From Raillietiella orientalis (Eukaryota), in NCBI GenBank assembly GCA_036172245.1, contig JAYWIR010000013.1:868001-932000 (forward strand): a DNA stretch of 64,000 bases, read 5' to 3'. The position numbers were made by a program, and so were the translations under genes. Of this stretch, positions 40,381 through 57,761 are shown in pieces. Under the pieces are notes generated by a model, which saw nothing but the letters and a program-made list of their open reading frames with translations, made no database searches and was not told the origin of the DNA. How positions within the stretch are numbered: position 1 is the first letter of the stretch; each line of letters begins with the position of its first letter.

Positions 40381-43300
40381 CTACTCCATAACTACATCTT
40401 CCTCTGGTTGGGCATCCCACATCTCCGGAGGGATGGCTTTCAACTCTTCAATCAAACTGTCGGAATTGCACACCGCTGGCGGGACAGCATCGGCATGATC
40501 CCCTCCAGCTTCTGGATGTTTCCTCTTTTTGGCTGAACGCTTCTCGTTTCTTTCTTTAATGAACGATTTTTGAAATTCTTCCAAGTGACACAACTAAAAC
40601 GTAACGAGCATGGCCAGAGAAGGGCAAAAAGTTCACAGGAAACATACTGAAAGCAGCTGTGCAAAACTCTTCCTTTTTAAGGAACCACAACTGCTTTTAC
40701 ATAACAGCAAACACGGGCTCAAACGTGGCTAAGCTTTCATACTAGAGCGAGGTTGATTTTCCAGATTATCACGAAACGGGATGCAGTAAGAGAATTACGT
40801 GGGGTAACGTTTCAACTGTTTTAGGAGTAAGATGGGCGCTTATGCAGTTGTATGCAGGAACGAGAAAGTTGGCAAAAAAAGGAGCAACATGAGGTCGAGA
40901 TACCTTGCCATGGATGCACAGACCCACTGCTGCTTTGATATAAACACCTACTCTCAAAACTGAAGGCTAAGACAATTGGAAAAACACAGCCAAGTAACAG
41001 AAAAAACGCTGAAGGAAACAATATTTTAAATGATTCAATAGGGGTCAAGTGAAATGACACTTCCTCAAAAAGTTAATTTTACATTACTTTCTGTAAAGTC
41101 CCTCATCTGGGCAAACAAACATTTACAACACAAAGTGATGAATCGGCATAAATCTAAAGTAACTCTCAATTAACAAAAAACACCACGGGAAACGCAACGC
41201 TTACAGTTTTTTTGGCAAAAAAAACGGGAAAAAAGGAAGAAACACTCATGGTCAGGGGTGGCTGAATTATGCCATCATTTACAATAAAGCATCGCTGATT
41301 TCGGGTGCAAAAACAAAACGAAGGGCTACATTTGTCTTTCGGGTAAACTTTCAACAAAACTGAAGAAACAAAGATACAAAGAAGGAACAAATTTGTTACC
41401 AGTTTTGAATTTCTTCTAGCTAATAGTTTGACGTCTGCTCCACAGATGACTTTCCGCTTTGCATGTCTGGAAGTTTAGAAACATGTACAAAGTAAATGCA
41501 AGGATGAATGCAAACTAAGTAATCACTGGAATATGCTCAAAAGTATCAACATGTTAAATAAAGTACATTTCAGATTCCCTTCTCCCTTCTGTTCCTGTCC
41601 TCAAAGTATACAAGCATATTAATAGTCTTCCATTCCTTTAGAAAAAAGGACTGCACCATACTTTCAATAGAATCCAACAATCTGTGCAGTGAATAAAATG
41701 ATTGTCTCCTTGTCACAAAAACAAAGGAAGAAAAACGCTATCCAACTACATCACCCATTTGTCTGATCGCATTCATTAATCAAAAGATTCAAAAGTTTGT
41801 TTTTCATTAGGTTCTCAAGTTAGATCACTTGAATACCCACCTTTAGAGACTCTTGCACTGAGGATTCTAATGTAAATGTTAGTTTCTGGTTTAGTTTCTA
41901 CAAAAAGTTAATCCTCGTGCTCTGGAAGTTGTATGCACGAAACATTTTCTATTGATTTATTGTTCACATGTGAAGTATTATGGGCTTCTTCTAGATTTGG
42001 ATATATGTTCCAACTGTTTAAAATGACGGCAAAATTTCCACTCTGCAAAATCCGTTTTTTTACTTAAGCCTCAAATTAGATTTGCAAAAATTGATTCTAA
42101 GACACATGAAAAGAATCGCAACTTGTGAATGGTGTTTTCTATACTGTCCAAGACTGGCAAAAGGTACTGTTTAAATGCTAATAGCACTCCAGAGATGTAA
42201 ATACTTGGTTCAAAAATATAGCCTTGACTTTTAAAGCACTTTATTTTCTTCCACTTACATGGAGCTTATCGATTCATCAAGGTTCATATTAAATTGGTCT
42301 ACTGGGGTTTCAAAGCAAACTGCAGTCATTTCTTTTAAAAAAAAATGACTGCACTTAACCTTCAGCAATATTTTCAATGTAAGAAAAAAAAGAAAAGGTA
42401 ACAGGCGCTTAACATTCCAAGTACTTAAAGGACCATTCACATAAGACCCTGCTTTCTAAGTCCAATATGGAAATGCTGCTCAAAGTGCGATTGTTAATTT
42501 TGCATTTGACACAAAGTGATAGCCAACTTATATACCTCCTGTTCATTGAGAGGAAGATAACAACACATAAGATGAACAAACTCTGAAATAAGTAGCAGAT
42601 TTTTTCTTTACTACCACAAAGATGCCACAGATCAAAATTCGATAACTTTACCCACATCACCTACTGCACAAAGTCCAAATCATCAGTTACCTTCATTGAG
42701 TATTGTGCAAATGCTTCAATACTTCAACACTTGAACATTAAAGGACCACACTGCTCCACAGAATGTGTGGAGTTTGGAAAGGGAGCTCACAATCTGATTC
42801 CTTCACCTATTATAACTTCTACATAAGTCATCCAACCCTACAAAATACAATACGAATAGTTGCAGCTGATTGCTGAATGAATAAAAGCTGGAAGAATAAG
42901 TATAACAAATCACACAGAGTTGCTTGACTATCCTATTAAATGTTCATGACTTGATCTCTGATAATCAAGAGTTCTTGGTATCTAGATTTTCTAATTTTTT
43001 GGATAATTTGCTTTTGCTTTAGTTTCTGCACTCTTCTATAGCAATTGCACATTTTCTGATATACGACAGAATGCATTTATCATGCATCACTTAGTATCAT
43101 GTATCCAGAAGCTAGCGATATATACAAGAAATTGTGTTTACTAAAGAGAACTAACTCACTGAAAACATTAATCAGATTTAAACAAATTTATTCAGTCTTG
43201 CATCACTTACGGAGAATGCCGATCTCTACTTGAAAACTGGAAATGCTTACCTGGCAAATGCCACCATATCCTTTACAAAAACTTTCAGCTGAAGCAAGGT

Positions 43301-44506
43301 GATTTCACTTATCATTGAGATGATTTCCTTAGTAAAAAGTAATTTCCGGGATTCTCCTAATTTTTCTAGATCTTTTCCAACACAATAATAAATAAAATTT
43401 CGTAAATTCTAAAATTTAATACGAGAAATTAGAACAAGAAGAATAAGAGGATGGAAAGAGATATTTCTTCAATTACAATTTGAAGTCAGTAATAACACAG
43501 GAAATTGGGACAATCATAATTATGCCACAAAACCCACAGATGAAACACTATGACATTTGAATACTATGGTTGTTACTCAATTTCCAATATGCACACATAC
43601 TAAGCTTTCTGGATGAATTCGTTTTTATCATATGATATTGCTTCCAGAGTGGGAGGAAAAAAAAACACCTATTACTATTTAAAAAGCTGTGTCTGGTCCT
43701 TTTGGATGCATAATGAACAGATTATAATAATTTGTATTAATTAATTCAAGTATTCGCCTGAACCAATTTCCTGCATATCAACATTCATCAAAAGCACTCT
43801 TTAAAAAATAAAACAAGGAAGAAAATCTTGATGGGCAAAAATATAACTTATGATATTGCTGGATGAAAATTCTCATTTATAAATCAAAAAAATGTAAATT
43901 TTTCAAAGTTCTTATCGCTATTTTGGGGGAATAAAATAAGGCAATCATGTTAGTTCCTTATCCTGGAAAAAACAAAAAAATGAAAGCCTGCTTTTCTTTT
44001 TGTTACCTTGGAGGATCTCTGTTTCTTTATTTTATTTTAATTAAATGTATTTCCTCCTTGTTTTAAATGTTTTGCACACTTTTTACCATTCTCCAAAATG
44101 CTCAAATACAGTAAAGTTGACTGCTGGGCACTTTGAAGTTAATTCTCATGTATTTTTAAGCAGTACAAAAATCCGATTTACACAGGCATTAAGTTTTCTT
44201 TAAACTATCCAAAAATTAAATGGTGTTAAAAGAGTCTAGACACACACACGTGTGTGCTTCTTCAGCATTTCACTCAACAATAGTACATATACTAATAAAC
44301 ACCAAAACATCAAGGTAACATTTGTAGCAAAGAAAAGGATGGCTTTCTTACTATTAGCAGATAACCTTAGTCTACCCAAATAAATTACTTAAATTAGATT
44401 GATGTCCAGAACATGAATGAAACAAAAGAATCACGTATTGTGTAAGTGTTACCTCTCTGAGTGCATCTAGTCTTTCTGGGGTAACTTTCTTTCTGGCTCG
44501 CACCAT
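40381..44506 (-). CDS. CENPS: Centromere protein S / MHF1 (histone fold), ~163 aa, 4 exons
   Basis: Exons 44506-44453 (MVRARKKVTPERLDALRE), 43408-43251 (NLRNFIYYCVGK...FTKEIISMISEI...KDMVAFAR), 41466-41400 (HAKRKVICGADVKLLARRNSKL) and 40593-40381. Phases are consistent. The D-x-x-AFARHAKR...DVKLLARRN signature is typical of CENP-S. Exon 1 is the least certain. Confidence 0.88.
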
Positions 44507-47500
44507 TACTGGAAACAAATGCAATACTTTTAAGCACTGAAAGAAATTAGGTTCATACACATATATTCTGAAAAAACAAAGAAAGCTTCTAAGACAGAGC
44601 AAATCAGTCACAACTAAAAACGACATGCATTGATATGGACTATTTAAAAGTCCAGTCTGGTCATTTTCGACATTATGAACAAACTGGTGGAAAAACAGAT
44701 GTTCACAAAGAACTGCCTCCACACAGAAAACATTGTTTCACATTATGTTTTGATTTAGATTACAAAAATTGCATTTGTGACGTACAATGCTCTCACAACA
44801 AACTAAATCCGGGAGGGTAATAACATAATTTATACGCAAGTTCGGTAAAGACATATCAGCCAATCAAGAAAGTGAAGAAATAAAATGTGAATTCAAAAGA
44901 GTGGGCACCAAGCATTACAAATCAAGGATATGTACAAAAAAATTTTCCCAATTACAATGGGAATATACATTATAGTTCGACCAAGTTAACAATTCTACTT
45001 CTGGATTCCAACTGCTTCCAAATGAATAGAACAGAACCGCTTAAAAAAGGGCTTAAGCAACAGTGATACTGGATGCTGCGATGATTGATAATTCATGTAC
45101 AAATTTATTGGCGATACAAACTATAAAGCACTCATCCCAAGTAGTTCACAATACAAGTTATCTCAAGAAATTACACAATGAAACTTTTATTAGCTCATAT
45201 GACATTGCTTTTATTCTGTAACATGCACCTTCAAATACAAGCACTTATTCTGTCCACTTGCATAGTCCGTAATAACTCACTGTATATTATCCTTCTCACT
45301 AAAATGCAATTTTTCTTCGCAAAGTAATTCAAAGGGGATTTGAAATGTTCACACCCAAACAATATTCTTTCACCATGTCCTTGAACTCACAGATGAGTTA
45401 AAATCCATACACAGATTGTGCCTTCCCCTTGGCTCAAGTTATCATTTCGGTGTAAAGTATTGATTAAAATTCCGTACAAGTTAAAATTAAATTGCATTCT
45501 GTTAAGGGATGCTACCTGAACACCACAACCACAAGCATACTCTTAGCGCAAATCCGCTACGCAGCCGCTAGGTCTTGTTGTTCTTTCCGGCTCAAGTGGC
45601 AAAACTTACAACTTTGTTCCTTCATGCCATGCTCATAAAGCTTGGATGTAAAACATTGACTTATGTATGGTAAGCATTCTCTAGACGTATACTTTTATCG
45701 ATATTTGCCCAGGGAAATCACGTTCAGTTCCTATGATTCTGTCTGGGCACGAAAATCTTTTCCATGCATTTACGACGACGCATTTAAAAACGTAGGAGCA
45801 GACTAGAGTTTATTTGAAGAAATCCAATAAAGAAAAACAAGGGGCACGTCTGGATGACAGGCTCGTCAGAAGAATGCTTCCTCGGACCAAATTACTACAA
45901 GCTGACATCGGAACAACGTCCTCGTTCCTGGAGTTCTGCGCGTAAAACTTCCGCTCCTCATTCACAAGGGCGTGCAATGCACAAACGACTGTTTCATGTT
46001 CCCAACGTGCTTCGGTAAACGAATTCAAAACAAAAATTCATCTGTCTGTGCCATAAAAACGGGCATTTGGAATCGAAAACACGGCTGCAGACGAAATTGA
46101 TGTCCATTCTCTGCTAGTGCCATTTATGGGTTTAGCGTACACGGCAATTCGGATCAATGCTAGTAAATACCAATCTTTGTACGTGATCTGAACTAAATAT
46201 TGCTGTCGTTTTTTTTTCTTCTTTCTTCCTTCACTATTTGCAAGCACTATCAACTTACTCAAATTACTTAAAACTCGCGGATGGCAAGTTTCCTTTTAGA
46301 AAAAGACTAGATATTGGGTTTGATTCTTTTTCGTGACTGTTCTGAATGAGTGAAGACACTCCAAAGCTGCCTCACATAAAAAATTCGCTCAACACCAAAG
46401 TTACTATATACGGGCACAATCGTGAAATTTTGCAAGGATCGTTTTTTCCAAAAGCAGAGAGTAATTCCGCGCTTAAAAAAAAAATCAAATATACCGCTAC
46501 GCCTCTCTAAAAACCTCAGCCTGGTTTTGTGCTTACGACAGCGACTGCGTTTATTTTGGAACTAAAAGTAGGAAAGTGGACCAAACAGTTTATTGTCATG
46601 ATTTTGAGACTTTTTCAAGAGAAGTAAATACGTAAGATAAACATTGATCTGATAAACTCTACTGTCACAATAAACCAAAAATTCATATATGAAGATGGAT
46701 CGATAAATCTGTAAATGCACAGATGTCTCAGATTAGATACTTTCTTTTGTTGACTACATAGTTTGAACACTTCAAAGTCCTCACAATTACCTTCGTAGCC
46801 TTGCGCACGGGCAGTATCATAGGCGAGGAAGGCGACTGAGCCGTGATTATTGCTAGTTGAAACATTACCTTCGTCATGAGACAAACTCAAATTTCTGTTT
46901 TTTTTTTCTTTTTACCATGTGTTTTGAAGATGCTAAACCCCAGATCCCGTCGTTACCAAGTTATTGGCGATATATAAAAATGCTGCTAGAGTTTCCTATT
47001 CTTATGAGTACAAAAATCGGCTCAAGCATGGAGATTTTACGCGTAATAAGCATTCCATATAATGCTAGTTTCCAAACTATCTTATGAAAATGTAAACTCT
47101 TACATGCTGTTGCATAAAGAGTCTGCCTGAATGGATTGCAACAGAACTCAGTAACGGCTCTCCTGTGTCTGCTTTGATTTCACGAAAAGGTTTTGCATAC
47201 CTGAGCATACTTTATCTGCGCATGATATGCATTGTGAATATATTGTGGCAACATACCTTGGTACTCTCGAAAAAAAAATAAAAATGTCGTACTAAACCAT
47301 TTGCTCGAACTAGATCCTATTTCTGAAAACTACTACCTAGAATCATGGATTTATCCAAGCTCGATTCTAACATAAATAAATAAATTCTAACATAAATAAA
47401 TTTGTTAGGTACTTTGGCATTCCACTGGTTCCATGAGCTGGCAGACATTTTGTCGCTTCAGGAGAAGCGCGCCAATAAAGTTATTACTGCTTTTTAAAAT

Positions 47501-50500
47501 AAAGCCTGTAGAAAAAAACTAACTTAAAAGATATGAGGTCCTCCTAATTAAATGAACTCAAGGAAAGTCAAATACGATGATCGCCAAACAGCACTACCAA
47601 TTCAAGAAACAACGCAAAAAATATTAATAGAAAAGCGAGTCTTTCGAATTTCGCACTCCAGAATATTCCACGCATGCTGCTTCCTATAGTGTTACAAGAA
47701 CCCAATATCAATGATATTACGTACTAAGAAGAAAATTACATAAAAAAGAGTTGCGAGCTGACTGATCTCTTAGAATTGGAGCGCAATCTTTTGAAGTTGA
47801 AAAGTGACATGAAATTGCTGTTTTGTTATTTATTTTAGGCCACTGTAGAACACTTCACAGGTGTCCTATCGTGCTCTAAACTAGAATGGACCTGTTGCAT
47901 TTTCTTACACATATTAATGAAAAACAATATGCACTATCATGTGCTCGGTCGATTTTTCCTTCATTGTTTGTGAATAAAATTCAAAAAACACTTTCTAAGC
48001 AAGACAAAAATGCAAATGAAAATTTTATGAAAAAACAACACCAACTATTCAGGAAAAACTGCTGCCCAAATATCTGCTGTTTGTTTGCGTTTGATATAAT
48101 CCTAGAGAAAGTTCAAACCGATTTGGGTTCGCAAACCAAAACCGGTTTGAGTTTGTTTAGATCAGTAGTAAACATTGGCACCAGCATTCAGATTAATGCT
48201 TTAAAAGCACTCTGTACAAACAGCTTATATGAAATCCTTTCATTTTAATATGACAGATGCCTGCTCATATCCCCCCCTCCAATTTGATATGTTTTTTACA
48301 ATTAGCATTTTGGTAAGCAAGACATTGTTTATTGATTGTGGCACTTGATTTCAAAATTTCACAAAGTACGATTATTCAAATAGCTAAAAATAAAGAGTGA
48401 ATGAGGGGCTGAAATATTCAGAAATTATTAGTCCTTGACGCACAATGCATTCGACTTGACCAAAATTTAATTCAAGTGCTGAAAAATTTCCACTTGTTTT
48501 CCGGAGAAAGACTTCTCCAGAAAACAAGTGGAACTTGAAGAAATTTCATCACAAATTGTATTGTAGACTTAATAAAGAAGAATTGAGATTCGACTTGATT
48601 GTTTTCAAAATTTTTGTTTATGTTTCTTGGAGGTAGACAGACATCTATCCATCTCAAACTGTGAGACCGTGTATATATAATACGACGTGTACACTTCATT
48701 GTTCGTACTTACATTCAACAGAAGAATATACTCTTTTGATTTGTTTAAACTTGGCGAACATCGTAGTATGTTGAAGATGTTGGCAATACTCCCACATAAT
48801 ATCTCCTACTATATTTGAAATGTTTTTCTTTTTTAATTTGAAATTTTTTTTACGATCTCAACCTCCTTCATAATACGGTTAAGTTGTAGTGTACTCATGA
48901 AAACAAACTAAAGTTATATGTTGCGAGAAAGCGCGAAAATGGGCAATTGAATCCTTTAAGATGACTCTGATCCTTCGTGAACTATTCAAGGATTCTATTG
49001 ATTTTTTCAATGACTTACATCTGCTGAGATTCCAGATAGACGAAAACGATAGAAGACGACAATTTTAGATTGACTCTAACTGATTCCTCACAGCTCCATA
49101 TGGAAGTTCAAAAATTTCTTGGGATTCAGTTGCCTACTTTCGTAAACGCAGGTTTCTTGTGGTCAATTGGTTCGTACGTCAAAAAGAATTTCTGTTTTCA
49201 AGAGCACTCTTGCACTATTTCCATTAATTTCTAATATTCTTTATTGGGACTACTTCTATCCTACTCAGATTCGTTCTAATACTGGGGTAAGTCAACACAT
49301 TTTGCCCTTTTTTTTTTCTCCACAAAAACATAAAAAAACATGAAAGTATTTGGCAGTGTTTTTAAATAATACAGTCTCTAAGGGATTTTGCCTGATGCCA
49401 TAGGTGCAACCGGTTAATGTAGGATCTGATGCGCTTCACAACAGATCCATTAAGAGTTCTGGAGAGCGAACACGGAGAAATATTTAATGAAACTTTAGAC
49501 GAAAGCAAAAGTAAGAAAGTAAGAAATCATCAGAAAGTAGGATCACCAGCCACGATAAGCCACACACTAGCTGATAATATGCTTCACACTCGACATGTGC
49601 AACATGATGAAATCATTCAGATCAGAGCATAACTTGGAGAAGTTTAGGTTAAGCAAGAGTTCCACTAGAGAAACAGATGGAAAGATGTTCTCTTCAGCGA
49701 TAAATTACAATCTGTTTGCGAATAGATGGCATCAGAAAAAATTACTAGTCTATTTTTTTACCACCTACTGCATAGTCCACCTAGCTTTATTTGACTTCCT
49801 TCTGTTAGGTCTCTAGAAAAATGTCATTCATTTATAAAATTTCAGAGTTGACGCCTAGGTCATTGGAAACTTAAAGGGACCGTACCTACAGATCTTAGGG
49901 AGTTTTAACAACAAAGGAATACAAAGTCTAGATTGCATCTGGAGGAAAGCACGACAAAAATAGGAGCACTATTTTACGTGACAAAGCGGTGCTCCTAAAT
50001 AAGATGCCATGTATTCATTTGGACACTATGTTCCAAGTCTTTGCTTAGATCTTCGGTCATTTATCGTGTGGCTCTCCGGACTTATTCGGACTTTTTTTTG
50101 TTTTTTATCTGCATTTGTAAAGGAATTCTTCTCAGAGTCATTTGCTTTATGATGTAATAGAAAAGTTCTATCACAGCACCAAAAATTTATTGAGCATTGA
50201 TAGTGTTCTGAGAGGTATGGTCTATAAGAGTGGTACTGTGTGACTATATTCGAAACAGAAATTTGATGAGATGCGCTATTTAGGTGTAATCAAAGCTCCA
50301 TGGAACAATCGACCATGCTTCAATAATTATAAGAACAGTGCTGAGAAAGAGATTAACGATTAATTCAATGAAATAAATGATTAAGATGAAGGCATTGAGA
50401 AAAGTAATTTCTGGAAGAGGACTTCATGAAAACCCTCTACTAATGAATTCTTTTAATATTCTTATTATAATATCTGCTACGCCTGTTTCTACATTAGTAC

Positions 50501-51591
50501 ATGCATCATCTTTTTTTTTCTTCTTCTTCAAGAATAAACTATGAGAATGATTTTTCTGTTTGCATTGACGCTAGGTTTTAGCATAGAAGGTTTCATAGAT
50601 TAGTCATTTGAGAACTGTAGGATAAATCACAAATGATCTATCAACTTCCTCTGAGATGGTCTTTACAACGATTTTTATCCGAATTTTCATTGAGTTCTGC
50701 GTTCGCAAGAGTAGTCAACCATTAATAAATCACATAATTTAAAAGATTTGTTGTCAAATAGTAAATGAATAGGCCAGTTAATTAATTGATGATCTAATAT
50801 GAATTTAGAAAGGTATTAAGTGTTAAACGGAACATATTGTGTGCATCTATGAATGTAAACACATTATTACATTACAGTATTAGATTCCTAATTATCTTTC
50901 TTACATTCGTTATTTTTCTGCCACATATGTGTGGACATATGATGCACGCTTTTCACAAATGAAATACCTAGTGTTTTGGTTATGAAGTTCCTTTTTTTGT
51001 ATCACAGGGAAAAAATGCTTAGACGAATGTATATGAAAAGGATATTATTTAAACATCGTTATTTTATGAATATCCACTGCAATGTACTGATGTTCCATGC
51101 AGACATTCTGACTGACTATTAGAGAGCATCGATAGAATGAAGTCATTCCAGAATGAATGATGCTCCATGGAAATTGAACTCCAAAACATAATTATAAATT
51201 CCGAAAGTCCAATGCATTGATGGTTATCTTAAACAGGAATTAAAAGGAAATTAATTTTACTGAGTCCACTGTCTAACTATTTAACACCGACCTTTAACAA
51301 TACTATTAAAGTTCGATACCGCTCATCTAAATTGTTTGAATGGAAACATGAACGAATGAAATTATTTATAGTCTCTTCCTGATTTATTTCATATCCTACC
51401 TGCTTTATCAAAATATTATCTGTTACTTATTTCAACTCATTTGTATGCACGGGCTCGACCCATGGAATTTTTCAATCTGGCGAATTAAATTCATGAGTCA
51501 AAGCAACCTGGTTGGAGTAAGAAGTGATAGTAGTACATGGATAGGATTTCTTGGAAAGAGTATCCAGTGGAAGTCAGGTCGTTGGGTCAGA

Positions 51592-53805
<2,214 letters not shown>

Positions 53806-56800
53806 CATCATGCATTATTATGACATAGCATGATGCTATTAGCCAATAAGATTTTAACTATGCTTTGCTGTACAGCAAAGCTTATTGTCTTCATTTCATA
53901 TACCCTGCCTTGGCAACTATTTTCAGTATACTTTCAAGAGGCAGATGGTTTGGTTCCTGAGTACTTGTTGCTTGGAACAGTTTTGGATGATGGATTTGCA
54001 GCAACGTCAGTGCTCATTTACATAATGCGTCATCATATTCGTATAGGTTGCTTGCACCAAGCATGATGGGTCTGTAGCATTAGATAAAAGTCAGATGTAG
54101 CAATTCAGATTACATTTCATGTTGATTTCCTACTAAGCACTGGCATCGTGTTCGTAAATTTTAAACCATTGTATTGAATTGCTTGAAATTAAAAAGGTGA
54201 TGAAACACAGAAATAAATCATAAATTATCTCATTAGTAAGAACAGTTGTCAGTTATCACTACGCAGGTTAAATTGCTTTCAGCCTTGAAGTGATATCTTG
54301 ATCGAAGTTGTAACCTTTGCCCCTGCTAAAGTTTTTCTCCTTGTCGGGATTCGTTCATAAGTACCTCATCGTGGGTGTGTCGAAACTAAATTTCTGCGAC
54401 TAAGGAACGCGATTTCCTGCAAATGTTCTGACTGTGCTCGGGAGCAAAAAAATCAGTAAAAGCACTTCCTGGTTATGGCATTTCATTTACACGAAAAGCA
54501 TCGAATGTGCCCAACACGTCCTGCTGTTTCTGTGCTTGCTCATTTTTGTCTCCTGTGAGCTACATTTGTTTCGAGTGAGAACTGCAGACAGTAAAACTGG
54601 CGCGAAGTAAATGGTGTTGGCGTCGTTCATGTATCCCTCCAGCTTTCGTTTTTCGCCGAGCACGTGTGGCATTATATGATTGTTCAAAACGGTAAATTTG
54701 TGTGCAGAACCGACTGATTTTTGGCCTAAAGAAGCAAAATCACCTCTCTACAGCTTATGAGCATCTGTACAGCCTCATAGTACACCTCGCACACGCACCC
54801 ACGTGCGGGTATGTGCACACGTATGTATGTAATGAGAACCAGCACAGACTTCTTAACCACCATAGGTTTTTTCTTCTGTTGGAGCGTTGGTGTTTCCAGT
54901 CTCTCGTAATCGGTGGACGCCGGCTAACCACTGAGTATAAGGTCACTGTGGCTGGAACTGAAAAACCTTTCGTGCCGGAGAGGTCAGCGGAAAGCTCCGA
55001 GCATTTCACGGCAAAGTCCTCTTCGCCGTTTCGCCGACGTTGGTTGCAACCTGCTCGAGTTGCAGATGGATTACTTGGCAGTCACTTGGAAATGAGGCCA
55101 CAACACCTGTGGTTATGCACTCGCGTTGCATTCAGTCCTTGGTGGTTTCATCCTTGCGTGGCCTCTGAAGTTGTGCCTGGGTTCGTCGGGAAACGTCCGA
55201 GAACGAAATGAGGTGTTCTTCACAGCAAGACGCATTGTGATGGCATTCGTGTCAGTCAGAGTTTTCAACAAACGGGCGCTGTGGAATTTCGTGAGCCTAC
55301 TTATTTTGAAACAACTAAGAGTTACTCTTGTTGACCGTAACTAGATTCAAAGATAGCCTCAGGAACGAGTAGATTGTACACTATTCCCATGACCGATCGA
55401 CTGTACTGTGACAAGCAGCGGATAGGAGGAATACGGTAGGAACAGCGATGTTGGCGAACACGCGGCCTGACTTCATCCCGTACAGTATACGAGAGATTAT
55501 ATTATACACACACAGATTGTCTCCATCGGGTGCTCCACGCTTAAGTGTGTGAGGTTTAAGGTGTGCAAAGAGATTGCTCTACACCTACAAGATCTGGGAA
55601 CCAAGGTGGCAGTTCATCGAAAATCATATGGATTGGGGGTTTACTGCAACTTTATTACCCTCAGCTGTACACATATACTCAGAGGTGTACTGAGAGAATC
55701 GGCATAACCTCTTTTCCTTTCTCCTTATGCATTACGAACTGGTTTCTAAAATGGCAGCCATTTTTTCAAAGAATCTACCCAAGGAAAATGAGGCTTTGTT
55801 TAAGAACAAGGAAGGAACCTTGACTGATGATTGTCTGAATTCCTTCGGTTTGTTTTGTGATGTTCTGTCATCACGCTTAATCTGTAGTGAAGGGATTAAT
55901 CCGTATGTACTACAAACCAATGAAAATGAATACATCCAAGCATTCGGTGCATCAATGCTCTATGGGATCAGTCGTGTTCTTTGATCCCACTCACCTGCAG
56001 CTTGTGAAAACAACAAAACAGCTGAGATCGCAAAAGTGATGTGGTGCAGTTTTTGTCCACATGGCAGTTTTTATTTAAATCCGCATCAGAGGAAACCTTC
56101 CTCAAAAACAGCAACATGAAATTTTTTTTTTCATATGTACCAGTTTTCGCACGTGAAACCACGTGGAGGTTCTGTGCTGTTCCCCTTGGATCGGTGTTTA
56201 TGAATTTTCATTCTGTCCATATCCTTCATTTTTCTTGCTGCATAAATCTCAGTTTTCACGACGATAGCGTGTAATTGTGTTTCCAATAGTGAATCCTATT
56301 TGTTTTCCTTCTTTTCTTCTTCTTCATTTGGTTGAGCTCATAGAGGTAAAGATACTATTCTTTTACCTTTACTATACAAAGGAATCCTTACGCAACTTTT
56401 TTCTGATCGTAAAAAGAGTAAGAACAGATTCCAAATAGCCGATAAGAGTAAAAAAAAAAAAAAAAAAAAGTACTAGTTGGTTCTAAGAAAGGTTAATAAT
56501 AGGGGAAAAAAATATACTAGAATACTTTGATGCTATTCAAATTTAATGCTATTCACCAGAATGTCGACAGTGAGGTATTTTTTAAAGAAATGCACACAAA
56601 TTATTCAGACGGCATTTCCGATACAACTGCCGTATACGTTCATGCGAAAAACTTAGGTACCATCTTTTTTTTTTTTTCTTGCCTACACGTACGTTGCACT
56701 TTCTTTCTTTATTTGAATTTATTTTTTTAAGAAGGTATATACCACGTATAAAGTTATCTTTATCACGACTGGATCAAGTGAACTTGTAGAGATTTTTAAA

Positions 56801-57761
56801 AATTATCGCCGCACCTGGGTTTGCTGTCATGTTTTATTTCCTGGTTTGCTTTTCTTTGTAATCCATGCAACGAAGGAGTGCAATTTCTTGTCGCAGGGAA
56901 GGCAATCATTTTCAATAAGGCACTTTTTTTTTTTTTATCTGGAGGGAAGCAATTCACTGACCTTGGTATAATTACCAGACCCAATTATGGTTTTCTTCGC
57001 GCTTGGTTTCTCGCACTAAGTAGCAAAAGTTTTCGGATTTCTTCACAACGACAGTAATTCTGGTCTTTTCCTCAAAGCAACAGTGTTGTAATTTAAGAAA
57101 TAAAATGCCATTATTTTCTGATGTGAATATCCAACTTTAAAGAAAGATTTTTTTTTTTTTCTCTTACCCTAGCGAGCATTCATTGTTCGCCTAGGCTTCA
57201 TGATTTAAAATCATTTCTTAACACATTAAATGTCAAGCATTATTGCTTCCAGAACGACCCCCAAGGATAATGACAGAACGTTATCTTCGGAGACTGAACA
57301 GATAATTTATTATAATTACCTACAGGGAGCAGCTGAAATTCACTTGAAGCATTTCAGGTAGACGAAATTCCACTCCCAAAGATTCATTTCGTGCTCATTT
57401 TTTTTTTGGTTGGAATCCAACGGAAGAAGACAAGAGATGATAAAGTATTGACGAGTAACAGAAAAAAAATGATGATGTGCAGTAAGATCCACGAAGGCAC
57501 CAGAGCGATCTTTAGTAATTTTAAACAGCACGTCAGGCCAATTCTCCGAGTTCTCATGTCGAAGATCACCTCCGAGGTGTGTCAGCAGCATTTTTGATTA
57601 CTTGAATTCATCGTCGGAAGGTTACATCATTTTGTGATTGTGAACTGGTGATTTCTGAGATGTACGTTTCGTGAAAACGGACAAAACACACACACAAAAA
57701 AAACATTTTGCCGATTGCTTGCAAAGATTCTGCTTTGCATTCAAGATCAACCCTACGGCCT

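Noticed and set aside
49400..49950. RLE-type LINE C-terminal relic (TISHTLAD..QHDEI; VIGNL/GTVPTDL)
   Set aside because: Key Cys and PD residues are missing; cannot be supported without a search.
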